A stretch of DNA of 56,633 nucleotides from the IMG/VR virus record IMGVR_UViG_3300033182_000185, one strand, 5' to 3'. Below the pieces are notes generated by a model. The model ran no database searches. It saw nothing but the letters and a program-made list of their open reading frames with translations, and had not been told where the DNA came from. The translations under genes and the position numbers were made by a program. Below, piece after piece: positions 9,122 to 20,700 of the stretch (position 1 is its first letter; each line of letters begins with the position of its first letter). This stretch comes from a virus.

Positions 9122-11064
9122 TGGGAACTTATGCCTCGGCTTTTGCTTATGGCGCTCCAGTACTAAGAGACCCAGATGTTGATGCTAGTCTAGTACCAGA
9201 GCTTAGAGAGCGTATAGAAAACCAGAGAGAACTTATTAATGTAGTTCCCGGCGAAGGCTCGGTTCTTGGTGTGTGGGTCTATAATGGAGATATCTACGCC
9301 TTTAGAAATAAGGTTGGTGGCGCAACGGCTGGGATGTATAAATCATCGTCATCAGGATGGACTGAAGTAAGCCTGGGACAGGCACTTAATTTTGATGGCA
9401 CAACAACAAATGGTGAGCCTACACCAGGTGATTCTGGAACTCCTACTACTCTAGAAGGGGCGACGAGTGGGGCAAGTGCTGATCTAGCAGGTATATCCTA
9501 TACAGGATTGTGGGAGACTGGTGCGTCAGGAACTATGGTCCTTACCAATATCTCTGGCGGATTCCTTGATGATGAAGATATTCAAATGCCATTGCTTGCA
9601 TTTGATACAGGAACATCAGAGATTAGTGCTGGAGATACTATAACTGGAGCGTCTTCTGGAAAAACTGCTGAAGTTACAAGTGTTACTGTAACGTCTGGAA
9701 CATGGTCTGGCGGTTCTGCGGCTGGGTATATTTCCATTAAGAACAATACAGGAACTTGGACAGACAATGAAAACATTACTGTTCTTGGTTCTAATAAAGC
9801 TCTTGTTAATGGAGCGTCTGAACCAACTAAAGTTACTGTCGCTAAGGCAGATGGCACAGTCTATGAACAGACAATTGCTCCAGGTGGAAAATACGAGTTT
9901 ATAAACTACAATTTCCGTGGTGATGCCACAGGTATTACCATGTATGGAGTTAATACCGTAGACAAGGGGTTCTCTTGGGATGGTAGCACCTTTATAAAGA
10001 TTGGCACAGGCACTGAAGTAGATACTCCTGAGCATATCATAGCGCACACAAAGCATCTCTTCTATTCCTTCCCTAACGGTTCAATACAGCATTCAAGTAT
10101 TGGTGCTCCAAATAAATGGAGCGCAGTAACTGGGGCAGCAGAGCTATCAGTTGGTGATGTGGTATCAGGGTTCTCTACAGAAGTAAATGATGTAATGTCC
10201 ATCTTTACTAGAAATGAAACCTTCATGCTGTATGGATCGTCATCTGCTGATTGGGCGCTTAAAAGATTCCACCAAGGAACTGGTGCTGTACCATACACAT
10301 TACAGAAGATGGATCAAACATTCTTCTTGGATGACAGAGGGCTTACTTCTATCTTTACTGTCCAGGCTTTTGGTGATTTCCAGTCTGCTGTTGCGTCAGA
10401 TTCAATTGACCCATATATGCAGAAAAAGAAAGGCAATGCAATACTGTCTGTAAAGGTTAGAGCAAAGAATCAATATAGGCTATACTTTGACGATAAGACT
10501 GGTATAGCAATGACCTATATCAACAGGCAAAACCAAGGTATTATGCCGTTTACTCTCAAGCATCAGATATATTCTGTTTGTTCTGCTGAAGATACGAATG
10601 GCTTTGAAGTTATCTACGGCGGTTTTGATGACGGATATGTTAGGAAGATTGACTCAGGAACCAGTTTTGATGGCCAATCAGTCCCATCTTTTATCAGAAC
10701 AGCATATCATAACTACGGCTCCCCGCAGGCAAAGAAAAGGTTTAGAGACTTGAGTCTTGAGGTTAACGCTGATACTTCTACAACATTGACTGTGCAGCCT
10801 AGCTTTGATTACGGCGGAACTTTCAGCCCAAGAAGCTCTCCTTCCGCTTCATCTTACACTGTAAATGTCACCGCAGATCAGTGGAATGAAAACGATATAT
10901 CTAATGATGCTACTGGTATTACAGTTGTATCATCAGAAAGAATAAAAATAAACGGTATAGGAACCAACATGGGGCTTATTATCAAAAACGAATCTATCTA
11001 TGACAAACCAATTACTCTTCAAGGAGCGGTTGTGAACTATTCCCTTAGAGGTATTAGACGATGA
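9121..11064 (+). CDS. Putative tail nozzle / tail tubular protein B-like
   Basis: 647 aa. The block 'NDVMSIFTRNETFMLYGSS' resembles the conserved 'NDVFFFRNRLGFLSGE' block of T7 gp12, recalled from memory. Position fits. Confidence 0.4.
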   Translation: MGTYASAFAYGAPVLRDPDVDASLVPELRERIENQRELINVVPGEGSVLGVWVYNGDIYAFRNKVGGATAGMYKSSSSGWTEVSLGQALNFDGTTTNGEPTPGDSGTPTTLEGATSGASADLAGISYTGLWETGASGTMVLTNISGGFLDDEDIQMPLLAFDTGTSEISAGDTITGASSGKTAEVTSVTVTSGTWSGGSAAGYISIKNNTGTWTDNENITVLGSNKALVNGASEPTKVTVAKADGTVYEQTIAPGGKYEFINYNFRGDATGITMYGVNTVDKGFSWDGSTFIKIGTGTEVDTPEHIIAHTKHLFYSFPNGSIQHSSIGAPNKWSAVTGAAELSVGDVVSGFSTEVNDVMSIFTRNETFMLYGSSSADWALKRFHQGTGAVPYTLQKMDQTFFLDDRGLTSIFTVQAFGDFQSAVASDSIDPYMQKKKGNAILSVKVRAKNQYRLYFDDKTGIAMTYINRQNQGIMPFTLKHQIYSVCSAEDTNGFEVIYGGFDDGYVRKIDSGTSFDGQSVPSFIRTAYHNYGSPQAKKRFRDLSLEVNADTSTTLTVQPSFDYGGTFSPRSSPSASSYTVNVTADQWNENDISNDATGITVVSSERIKINGIGTNMGLIIKNESIYDKPITLQGAVVNYSLRGIRR

Positions 11065-12086
11065 AAATTCCAGTAAATAGTGGCAATACCAGCCTTGCAT
11101 ACGTAACAGACGAAGAGCGTAAGCTTCTTAGACGAAGGGATGCTGTAAAAGGATCGCCTAATAAGAAAATGTCACATGGACTTCCTAGTCTACGAGGCGG
11201 CGGCGGCGACCGTCTAATGGATATTGCTAGTGCTAAAGAACTAAGAGCCAAAGAAGACGCACTTAGAGAGGCTGGATTCACTAAATATATTACATTAGGA
11301 GGACACGAAGGCGGTTCGGAAAAATGGGTTCATATAGATAAAGGATTAAGTGCTGGTTTTGTTGGTGCTCCTTCAACGCCTATTAAATATGGCACTGGGG
11401 CTGATGAGGTTATTCGTCTACCAAAAAAGAGAAGCGCTCCTCCACCTCCTAAACCAACACCGGAGCCTATTAAAGTTGCCAAGCCTTCTGGAGGGGGCTC
11501 TACAAGGCCTGCCCCTGCTCCAGCCCCTGCTCCAGCCCCTGCACCTCCTGCTTCAGATCATGCGGCTGATATTGCAAGTGCAGCAATTGATCCAGAACAA
11601 TTACAACAGCCTATGCTTGATGAAATAGTAGCAGAGGGCGTTAACTCTGAACTTCTTGAAACCCGCCTTAGAAATCTTATTAATAAAAACAACCCATTAT
11701 TTAAAGCGGCTTCAACCAAGGCTATGCAATCTATGGCTGCTCGTGGCTTGGTTAATAGTTCTATTGCGGAAGAGGCTGTAATGAACGCAATTCTTTCAGT
11801 TGCTATGCCTATCGCAGAGCGAGATGCTCAAGCATATATGAACCAGAGAATGCAGAACCAAGCATACAGTAACGAGTTTAGGGCGCAACAGAATCAGGCT
11901 TACTACCAGTCATTCCTTCAGAAACTCCAGCATAGCATGGACATGGCAATGAGGCAGCTTGTTGAGCGTTCAGCCAACTGGAGAGCGGTACTTTCTCAGC
12001 GTGGCGCTATTGCTACTACACCTAGAATGAGCACATCAGCCGCAGAGGCTGCTCTTGGAACAGTAACTCCTGGATGGTGGGCATAA
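11061..12086 (+). CDS. Putative internal virion protein with a (Pro-Ala)n linker
   Basis: 341 aa. PAPAPAPAPAPP is encoded by 12-nt repeats (gcccctgctcca) at about 11508-11553. The C-terminal half is Q/N/A-rich. Confidence 0.55.
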   Translation: MKIPVNSGNTSLAYVTDEERKLLRRRDAVKGSPNKKMSHGLPSLRGGGGDRLMDIASAKELRAKEDALREAGFTKYITLGGHEGGSEKWVHIDKGLSAGFVGAPSTPIKYGTGADEVIRLPKKRSAPPPPKPTPEPIKVAKPSGGGSTRPAPAPAPAPAPAPPASDHAADIASAAIDPEQLQQPMLDEIVAEGVNSELLETRLRNLINKNNPLFKAASTKAMQSMAARGLVNSSIAEEAVMNAILSVAMPIAERDAQAYMNQRMQNQAYSNEFRAQQNQAYYQSFLQKLQHSMDMAMRQLVERSANWRAVLSQRGAIATTPRMSTSAAEAALGTVTPGWWA

Positions 12087-12796
12087 TGAGCACTACTAAG
12101 CGCTTAAAAACTGCTGGCTTAAATCCAGATGGGACATCTAGGCTTTCTGTAACAAAGAAAAAGAAAAGCAAAAGTAGATATATTATTCCAGCTGCTATTG
12201 GAACTGCTGCCTTGCTTGCAGGTTTTGGTGGCTTTGGGTCAGCTACTGGAGGAAATATTTTTAGCTCAATAGGAAAGTTTTTTGGCTTTGGCAAAAAAGT
12301 TGTTCCTACTACGCCTATTTCTATGGGTTCTAGTATTTCAAAGACTCTATCAGCTGGCCAGACTTTAACATCAGCAGTTGACACACCAAGCTTTCTTAGT
12401 ACTCTAGGAGATAAAGGTGGATCACTTATAAGCAACGTCTTTAAGTCTATTGGCAGTATGAGTGGCGAAAAGATGATGGGTTGGGGCAGTATACTAAGCA
12501 CTGTCGGGAGTTTTGCTGGCTCTTTATTTGACGAGTCTGATGAGATAGCAGCAGAACAATTCCAAGATATAATGGATTATAGATATGCAAAGCTAGAGCA
12601 GGACAAAGAAATAGCAGATGCCCGGCTACATCAAGCGCAGAGGGAGCTTGGGGTTGCCAGTACGTTCATGGGGCATACATCCCCTATTGCTACAGTAGAA
12701 GGGTTGAATGTTGAGGCAGGGTATCAGCCTAAACCGCCTAAAACTTATCCTGATATTCATCCTACTGGCGGTTTAATTTCTCAAGGTCAAACATAA
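12074..12796 (+). CDS. Putative internal virion / membrane-interacting protein
   Basis: 240 aa with a basic N-terminus followed by a Gly-rich hydrophobic segment (IIPAAIGTAALLAGFGGFGSATGG). An alternative coupled start is at 12086 (TAATG). Confidence 0.55.
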   Translation: MVGIMSTTKRLKTAGLNPDGTSRLSVTKKKKSKSRYIIPAAIGTAALLAGFGGFGSATGGNIFSSIGKFFGFGKKVVPTTPISMGSSISKTLSAGQTLTSAVDTPSFLSTLGDKGGSLISNVFKSIGSMSGEKMMGWGSILSTVGSFAGSLFDESDEIAAEQFQDIMDYRYAKLEQDKEIADARLHQAQRELGVASTFMGHTSPIATVEGLNVEAGYQPKPPKTYPDIHPTGGLISQGQT

Positions 12797-13368
12797 TGAT
12801 TAAAGAACAAGCAAGATCAATGCCTATACCAGAATCTGCCTCAAAGAAAAGTATTCAAGAGCGGCAGATGCAGTCTATGGGAATGGAGCAAGCTTCAGAA
12901 GAAGAGGTTACACAGGCTAAAGGAATTGTAGAGAGCATTGTTTCCTATATTTACTCTGATGGTGCTCCAGATATTTTGCAGCAAATTACTGGCGGGAGCC
13001 CACAAAAACTTGGTGAAGTTGCTGGTAACTTAGTTACAAATGAGATCGCAATGGAGGAGGAAGAAGGTGGGGATATTTCAAGAGATATTGAGATTGAAAT
13101 TATTGCTGAGATTGTTCACGAGCTAACAGATTTAGGCTTACACGAAGGGGTTATAAATCTTGCAGATGAAGAAAGTGAGCAGGCTTTTATGGGAGAGGCT
13201 CTTACATACGCTATTGGCTCGGTGATGGATTCAGATGATCCACAGGTCACCAACGAATCTATGATGGACCTTGTAGCTAATATGATAAATACTGGAGAGC
13301 AGTCAACTCAGCCAGCAAATGGTATTCCAGTGCATCAGGAGGTAGCAAATGGCTCTGAATTGGGGTAA
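12796..13368 (+). CDS. Acidic hypothetical virion-module protein
   Basis: 190 aa, strongly D/E-rich (EEEEGGDISRDIEIEIIAEIVHE), coupled by TAATG. Confidence 0.55.
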   Translation: MIKEQARSMPIPESASKKSIQERQMQSMGMEQASEEEVTQAKGIVESIVSYIYSDGAPDILQQITGGSPQKLGEVAGNLVTNEIAMEEEEGGDISRDIEIEIIAEIVHELTDLGLHEGVINLADEESEQAFMGEALTYAIGSVMDSDDPQVTNESMMDLVANMINTGEQSTQPANGIPVHQEVANGSELG

Positions 13369-14782
13369 AGCAATTTCCGCTGGGTTGATTACAGCAGGGG
13401 AAGAAATGAAAGCGCATGGAGCAATGCGTATAAAAGAAGAGTACATGGCTGAAGAAAAGGCTGTTGCTTCACACTCCGCTCTTATGGATAGATATTCAAC
13501 CCTTCTTGATACTGTAACAGATTCAATTTCAGATAATATAAATGAATACGGTCAAGTAGTTGATGCAGATAGACAAAAATCTTTGTACAGATATCAGAAT
13601 GTTTTGATCAATGCTTTGGAAACAGGTAAACAAATTCCTGCGGGTGCTGTACAAGCTATTGCTGAAGAAGCCGCCACTGGAGAAGTTCTAGAGGTAGAAG
13701 AAGAATCAGAAGATGCAGAGGCCGCAAGTGGTTTTTGGTCAGCTATGTATGCAGATACACTAGGAAAGGCTTTACCAGAGGGAATGTCTTGGATTAAAGA
13801 AAAAATGCAAGAAAACCTTAAGAATGTTTCCAAAGAAGAGCTTAAAAAACCAGAAACAATTATCGAATCAGCTAAAAAAATACCTGGCGCTTGGGATGCT
13901 ATTAAAAATTGGTGGGCTAGTACAAGCAGAGGAGATGAAAGACTAGATACAGAAAAACCTGCCGATGTAGAAGAGGCTGAACTTCAGCAAAGAATGGATG
14001 CTCTAGGAAGTCCTATTCAGACAGGTCTTATAGAAGAAGGGATTCGTTATACTGAGGCAGATACTGCTCAAGAGATACCTGGAGGAGGCATTTCTGAAGA
14101 GCCACCATTGGGATCAGAAACTGTTAATGGTGTCCCACAAACTGGTATCGGATCGGAAGCTGCCTTAAGGTCTCTTTATGAAGATGTCGGCGGCCCAATT
14201 GGAGAGCCAGCAGGAAAGACTACAGTTAGAGATTTTGTGGTAGGTAAACCAGAAGTAGAGATTAAGGTATCTCCTCCAGAGATTGAGGAAAGAAAATCTA
14301 CAATTCTATCTAATGTATTTTCAGCTATTAGGGATGTCGAATCTAATGTTATGGGTTACAGTGCAGTAGCGGATACTACAGATGGAGACAGAGGATTAAC
14401 TACATCAACTGTTGGCGAGATTGTTAATAAGCATGGCAACAAAGCAGTTGGTATTGGGCAGTTTAAGTTTGATGAATTCATGAAACCAACCGCAAAGAAA
14501 TGGTTTGGTATGAGCGAGGCTCAGCTTAAAGATCAAATGTTTACTCCACAGTTCCAAGATGCTTTGGTTATTGCTGGGCTTTACGATGCTGGTCTTCAGC
14601 AGTTTGCTGATGGAAAGATTGATGCGGCTACATTCCAGAAAAGGATAGCCAACATTTGGCGTGGATTACCACCGGATAAAGACACTAAAGAAGGAGACCC
14701 TACTGACGATCTTGGAAACAAGGCAAGGATGTCTGGCGAAGAACTTCGCGGACTTATTGAACAAGGAATGACAGGACAATAG
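13349..14782 (+). CDS. Putative internal virion protein with a C-terminal lytic-transglycosylase-like domain
   Basis: 477 aa. The C-terminal block 'IRDVESNVMGYSAV...AVGIGQFKFDEF...' fits the SLT-type E-S ... G-x-x-Q pattern. It occupies the gp15/gp16-like slot. Confidence 0.45.
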   Translation: MALNWGKAISAGLITAGEEMKAHGAMRIKEEYMAEEKAVASHSALMDRYSTLLDTVTDSISDNINEYGQVVDADRQKSLYRYQNVLINALETGKQIPAGAVQAIAEEAATGEVLEVEEESEDAEAASGFWSAMYADTLGKALPEGMSWIKEKMQENLKNVSKEELKKPETIIESAKKIPGAWDAIKNWWASTSRGDERLDTEKPADVEEAELQQRMDALGSPIQTGLIEEGIRYTEADTAQEIPGGGISEEPPLGSETVNGVPQTGIGSEAALRSLYEDVGGPIGEPAGKTTVRDFVVGKPEVEIKVSPPEIEERKSTILSNVFSAIRDVESNVMGYSAVADTTDGDRGLTTSTVGEIVNKHGNKAVGIGQFKFDEFMKPTAKKWFGMSEAQLKDQMFTPQFQDALVIAGLYDAGLQQFADGKIDAATFQKRIANIWRGLPPDKDTKEGDPTDDLGNKARMSGEELRGLIEQGMTGQ

Positions 14783-14783
14783 T

Positions 14784-17700
14784 ATGGCATCAACTCCAGA
14801 AGCTGGGGATATTATTGCAAACGCAGCTACCGATTTTGGTGGCGGACCTTTGCGTTGGACAAGAACTGGAGCTAATGCTGCTTCGGCAAACGCAGTAGAT
14901 GATTATGGGAGATGGGAGGCTTCGTTAGATTCTTTTCAAAGATTACTGTGGAGCGCTGCTTCTGCTACAAGTGATTTTCTTGGTGCAGAAACTGTTTCTG
15001 ATTTAACTTATCAGTATGCTCAAGAAAATCTTGAAGAGTTAAGCAAATACCAAAGAGAATCAATGGCCAGGGGAGAGGTCGAGCTTGGAGAAAACTTTTC
15101 AAAATGGTTGGCAGACACTCTTATAATTGATGCTCTTCCTACAATTATAACAATGGCGGGATCAGCTGCGTCTGCTGTTCTTACTCAAGGCGCTACGCTT
15201 CCAGCTCTTTTCGCTATAGGTTCTAGTTCAGTACTTAATCTTGGTGAAATATATGGTGAATCAAGAGCAGAAGTTGGAAAAGAAAATATATTACCTTCTG
15301 TTGTTCTTGCCGCTACTGGTGTTAACGCAGCTTTAGATTTAATAACACCATATAAAGTAGTTTCCAAGTTTTTTCCAAGGGGCGTAAGAGGCTTTAAAGA
15401 AAAAGCCCTTCAAGAGCTTGGTCGTAATGGAGGATGGAATAAGCTTTCAAGGCTTCTGAAAGAAGGCGCTAAAGGATTTAATACAGAAGCTTACGCAGAA
15501 ATGCTTCAAGACTATAACAACAAAGTAACAGCTAACATTCAAGCTGGAAAAGAAAATCCATTTGAAATAGACAATGATGACTTTAAAGATTTATTAGATG
15601 CTTATCTTGCTGGGGGAGTTTTAGGCGGTGCAGCTAGAGGCGGAACTGCTTTTGTTGGGACTGGCCAAGCTAGAGAAATTATTGCTGCAAGAGATAGCGC
15701 AGAAGAGAGGATAGGATCGGACTTAGATGCTACTGTTTCTCCTCTTGAAAAAGAGCTTTCAGATATTGAGGCTAAACTAAAAAAGGTTTGGCCTTCAAGC
15801 AAAGAGAGGGTAACTCTTAATGCTGAAAAAAGAAAACTACAAGAGCAGATAGATCAAGCTAAAAAAGATGCTTCAGACAAAAGAAGAAAGGTAAGAACTT
15901 CTTATACTATTGATGATATAAATAAGATTGTTCCTATAAAAGAAGAAGCTGAAGCGGAAGCAGAAGAAAAGGCAGTTTCTTCAGAGCAAGAAAGAATAGA
16001 TTCTTTATCTCCCGCAGAAAAACTTAAAGAGTACAATCAAAAAAGAGATGAGATATTAACAGCAAAACTCTCCAAGGAAGAAACTCAATCTAGATTAGAT
16101 TCTCTTGGAGAGGCCTATGGTCTGCCTATTATCCAGGAACAGCCAAGGGTAGATGTTCCATCAGGACCAACACAGGCTGATGTAATGCCAGACGTAATGC
16201 CAGGTACTCCAGTTGCACCGAGACCTGGAACTGCTACGGCTGAAGCTGCTGCTAGGGCTGACCAAGGATTAGCGCAAGAAGGGTTTGATCCTTCTGCTGC
16301 TTTGGGTACTCCTGTTGCTCCAAGGCCTGGAACACCAACAGCAGAGGCTGCTGCCAGAGCAGACAGAGGTCTACAAGAAGAAGAATTCCAAGACTCATTA
16401 GAGGTTGGTCCACAGGGCAGGCCTCGTAGAAGTTTTGCTGCTATAAGAGAAGCAATAAAGGCTAGAGATAAAGGCCCTCAAGTAATGAACAGACCTGTCA
16501 TCAGTACCATTATTGGTGATAGTGAAAATGTTTTAGTTGATGGTGATGTATTAATCACTGCCGCAGATATCGAAGAGGCTAAGTTTGCTAAGGCTAGTAG
16601 AGAGCTAGAAGATATAGCTATGGAAGCTGAATCAAATGCTTTCGAACAAGCCGAAGCTGATGGCATGGATTATCTAGAAGCTGTTGCTGCGGCAGAGGCC
16701 GCTCGTAATTCTGTTCTTCAAGAAGGAGGAGCAAGAAGGATAAGGATGTACTCTTCACGAGCAGCTAGATTACAGGCTCAGAGGGAGGCAGCAAAACAAA
16801 GACAGGATAGAGAAGCTAGATTAAACTTTGAAGCTCAACGCAGGATTGATGAGCAGAAGAAGTTTGAAAAAGAACAGGCTGCTGATCTTAAAGAACAAGC
16901 TATAGAGATGGCTGGCGAAACATATGATGCATTTTTCTATGGGCAAATAAGCGCTCAAGAATTTGCTTCTAGAAGGCAGAGAGAAATAGCGCGAATAAAA
17001 GTAGGAGGCACAGCTGCTGCCAACGCTTATAGAAAAGCAGTCCCGCTTGAAAAGGCTAATGCTATCCTTAAAGAGCGAGGCCTACCTACCCTTAAGCCTG
17101 AAAAAGATCAGACTACTCAGAAGGACGTAGCTCCTGATGAAACCATTCCTACCCCTACCCCTGAAGCAGCTCCTACGACTACCCAAGCTGACGCTACCCC
17201 TCCCGTACCGGATATCCCCACTGAGACTGCGCCAGTTGCCGCTGAAGACAAGGAAGCTTCACCCGCTACCAAGCCTGTTGCTTCTGTAATTGAAACTGCT
17301 CATTCTACAGAAACGTTAAATGATTTAAAGGGAATAGCAAAAGAAGGGTTAGCAATAGGTTCCTCCACAGAGTCTGCCGATAAAATGGTATATGCTGACG
17401 GAACATTTAGGATTATTTTTGATGGCCCTGTAAGTGGTGAAGAAACAACAAGAGCATTTGCTCCCAAAGATATAATAATTAAAACATCTGAGGTAATAGA
17501 GCCCAAAAAAATAAAGCGCGTTGAGGTTGATGTAGATAACCTTCCTAGCCCTGCTACAGATGATTTTATTGATTACGCTGAAAAATATTTAAAGGATAAA
17601 GAGCCGGGAATTGATCTTTCAAATGCTACTCCTTCTGAATGGGCTAAATTATATAATAAATACCCAGAATTAGAAACGGAACTTGATAAGTTTAATGAGT

Positions 17701-20700
17701 CTCAAGCAACTGGCGAACAAGAAATAAATTCTGAAAATTATAAAGCAGTGTTATCTGATATCTTTGGGAAAGATGTAGAGATTGTAGCGAGGGATGACTC
17801 TAAAGCTGATGAGACTACCGCAGAAACAGGTAAAGTTACTACCCCACCTGACATAGCAGTAACAGATGTTGACGAAGATCAAACTCAGGATCAACAGATT
17901 GCTGATATGATAGCCAGAGAGCAAGCAACTGTAGCTAGGGAAGCAGCAGACGAACAAGCTGAGGCTGAATTCCAAGCTGGAACAGACGACACTGGTCCTA
18001 CTGTAGAAGATGTTGAAGTAGAGCCTGGCGTTTCAACAGATATAGAAACTGCTCCCACTGGGGTTGATGTCACTGGAGAAGCGGTAGATATACCTACTGC
18101 TCCTACTCCTGCTGAAGTTGTTATTGAAGAGCCTGTTACTGCGGAGCCTGAAGTCCTTGAGTATGCAGAAACAACTATCAATCCAGAAGGCGTTCCGATT
18201 AGAATTTATGAGGACCCGGATAAACCTGGGCTTAACATTGTTGAGTCAGAAGGCGTTGTTCTTAAAAGATCAAAGGATAGAGCCAAGGCTGTAACATATG
18301 CTAATACGAAAGTTACGCCAGAAACTGTGCTCAGAAAGACTCCTAAAGTAAAGGCTGCTCCTAAAGCCAGACCAGAAGGTAAAACCTATACCGGCCCCAA
18401 ACCAAAAGGAGCAAGCGAGTCTTTAGTTAAATGGTTGGGAAGTGATGCACCATTTAGGGCTACCATTGGAAAGCAGCGAGCATCTCAAGCAAGGAAGGTA
18501 GGTATTGATCCTGATCAGTATACCACTGAAGAAGAACTGTATGATGCAATTGTTGCACAGGCAGAAGCTCAGCCAGTAGAAGCGCCAGAAGTTGCACCAG
18601 TAGCAGAGGAAGTTCAGCGGGTAGCTGAAGAGATTGTTCCAGAGACTCTTCTTGAAAGGTTATCCAGAGAAGCAACAGAGCGCAGGGTTATAGAAAACGC
18701 CATAATGGTTGAAAAAGATTTTACCCCTCAAGAAATAGCTGAGATGGAACAGCTTGAAGCTCGGGAAGTAGAGTCTGGTCTTATGGAAGATGTTGATGCT
18801 GAAATTGAGGCAGAGATTGCAGAAGAAGAAGCTAGGTCTGAAGCAGCTAGAGCAACAAGAAAACTAAAGATAGAATCAGAGAAGGTTAGCTTTGAAACTG
18901 TAGATAACATGGAAGTTGCTGACTTCTTGCAACTTGCTCGGACTCCTAGAAAACCTGGATGGAGTAAGCAGCAGCTAGTACAGATAGCTAACAATATTCA
19001 AGCTAATGATCCCACTGTTTCTTTTGATACCAAAAAGAATAGAGCTGACCTTGCTCAGGAACTTATAGCTTGGAAAGAATCTGGCGTTACAATAGATGAC
19101 TCAATACTAGAGCCGGAATATCAGGATGATATAACATCTGATGGTGATTTTTATTCTGCACCAAGTGATGACGCTGATGTTACTTATGGTTTTGATAACA
19201 AGAAGTCTGCTCTTAAAGACATAAAGGTATCTGAAGAAGAGATATCAAATGTCGAAAGGTCAATCAATAATAATCTAGAGTTAATGTTCAGCAAAAGAAA
19301 AGCTGAAATATTAAAGAGGCTTAAGTTTATTAATATGATCAGCTCTTCCGAGGCTAATAGCCTGGGAATAGAGGGAGACTCTATAGCTAGCTATGCATCC
19401 GGAGATGTTAAAGTTTATTTTGTTACAGAAAGAATTGCTAAGTATGCAAAAGCGCAGAACAAAGACGCAGATAAACTTACCAGATCATTGATCATGCATG
19501 AGGTTGGAGTTCATGCAGGAAAGAATATATTCAGCGGTCAAGAGTTTGATCTGGTTCTAGATCAGGTTGTTAAACTATACGATCAAAAAGACCCAACATT
19601 TGTTAATGCATTTAACGTTGTTTCTAAAGCTTACCCAGACCTTAAGCTATTTGAAAGAAAGTTTAATGAAGAAGTTCTCGCTCATGTCATAGAGTCAAAA
19701 GCATATGAGATGGAGACAATTAATAAATCCTTCTTTGATAAGCTTAAGACTGCATTCCAGAAGTTCTTTGAGAAATTGTTCTATACTGTTGATAGGTATA
19801 AGGCCAGAGCAGATAACCTTACTCCTGATGTAACAGCTGAAGATATGTTTAATCTTATTGCTGGTCACTCAATGAGGAATATATATTCTTATGCATTGAA
19901 GAGGCATGGTGATAGCAAGAACTTTTCTAATGTAAGAACCAGGAATAGAGACAGGTTTATTCAAAACTCTGTAGTTAAAACCCCAATGTTTCATGCGGGA
20001 TACTATAACTTTTCAGCACCAGTTCTAGATAAGACAGAGCTTGGCCTTCATGTGGGAACAGAAGCGGCAGCTCTTGACAGGGTTAAAGGTGATAGGGAAA
20101 GACTTAAAAAAGGATACATTAATATACAAAAGCCTTTTGAGTTTAGGGATGCAGGATACTTTGGTTCACCGCAAGCGTTTCAGCGTGAACTAGCAAATAT
20201 AGGACGATTTGCATCAGATGAAAAAGAGGTAAGAGAATACCAGAAACTTTTTAGCATTGCTTCTAAATGGAGAATTGCTATTAGTAAAATTAAAAGCCCA
20301 GCCGAAGGAGCTAGCCCCGAAGAAATAGTTAATTACACTAATGAAAAGGATAAAGCCCAAAGAGGTTTTATGAAAGATATTAGAAATGCTTTGATATCTT
20401 TTGGTTATGATTCTATTGCTTATACAAACAAGCAAGAAGATCGCGGGTCTACTAGTTATATTCTTATTAAAGATAACCAATTTAAAGATGTTGACTCCCT
20501 AATGTTTAGGTCAGGCACCAATGTCTTTATGGATAAGAAGGTTGTAGAACAGGAGCCTGATCAAGCGGTTGCAACAACAAAGAAGGTTGAAGATGTTGCA
20601 GGCCCACAGGTAACTTATACCCGCAAAGCCCAAGGCAAAATGTTTCAAGCTCTTAAAAAAGTTCAGAGAGCAATCGAACCTTTGATGACCATCGAAGGAT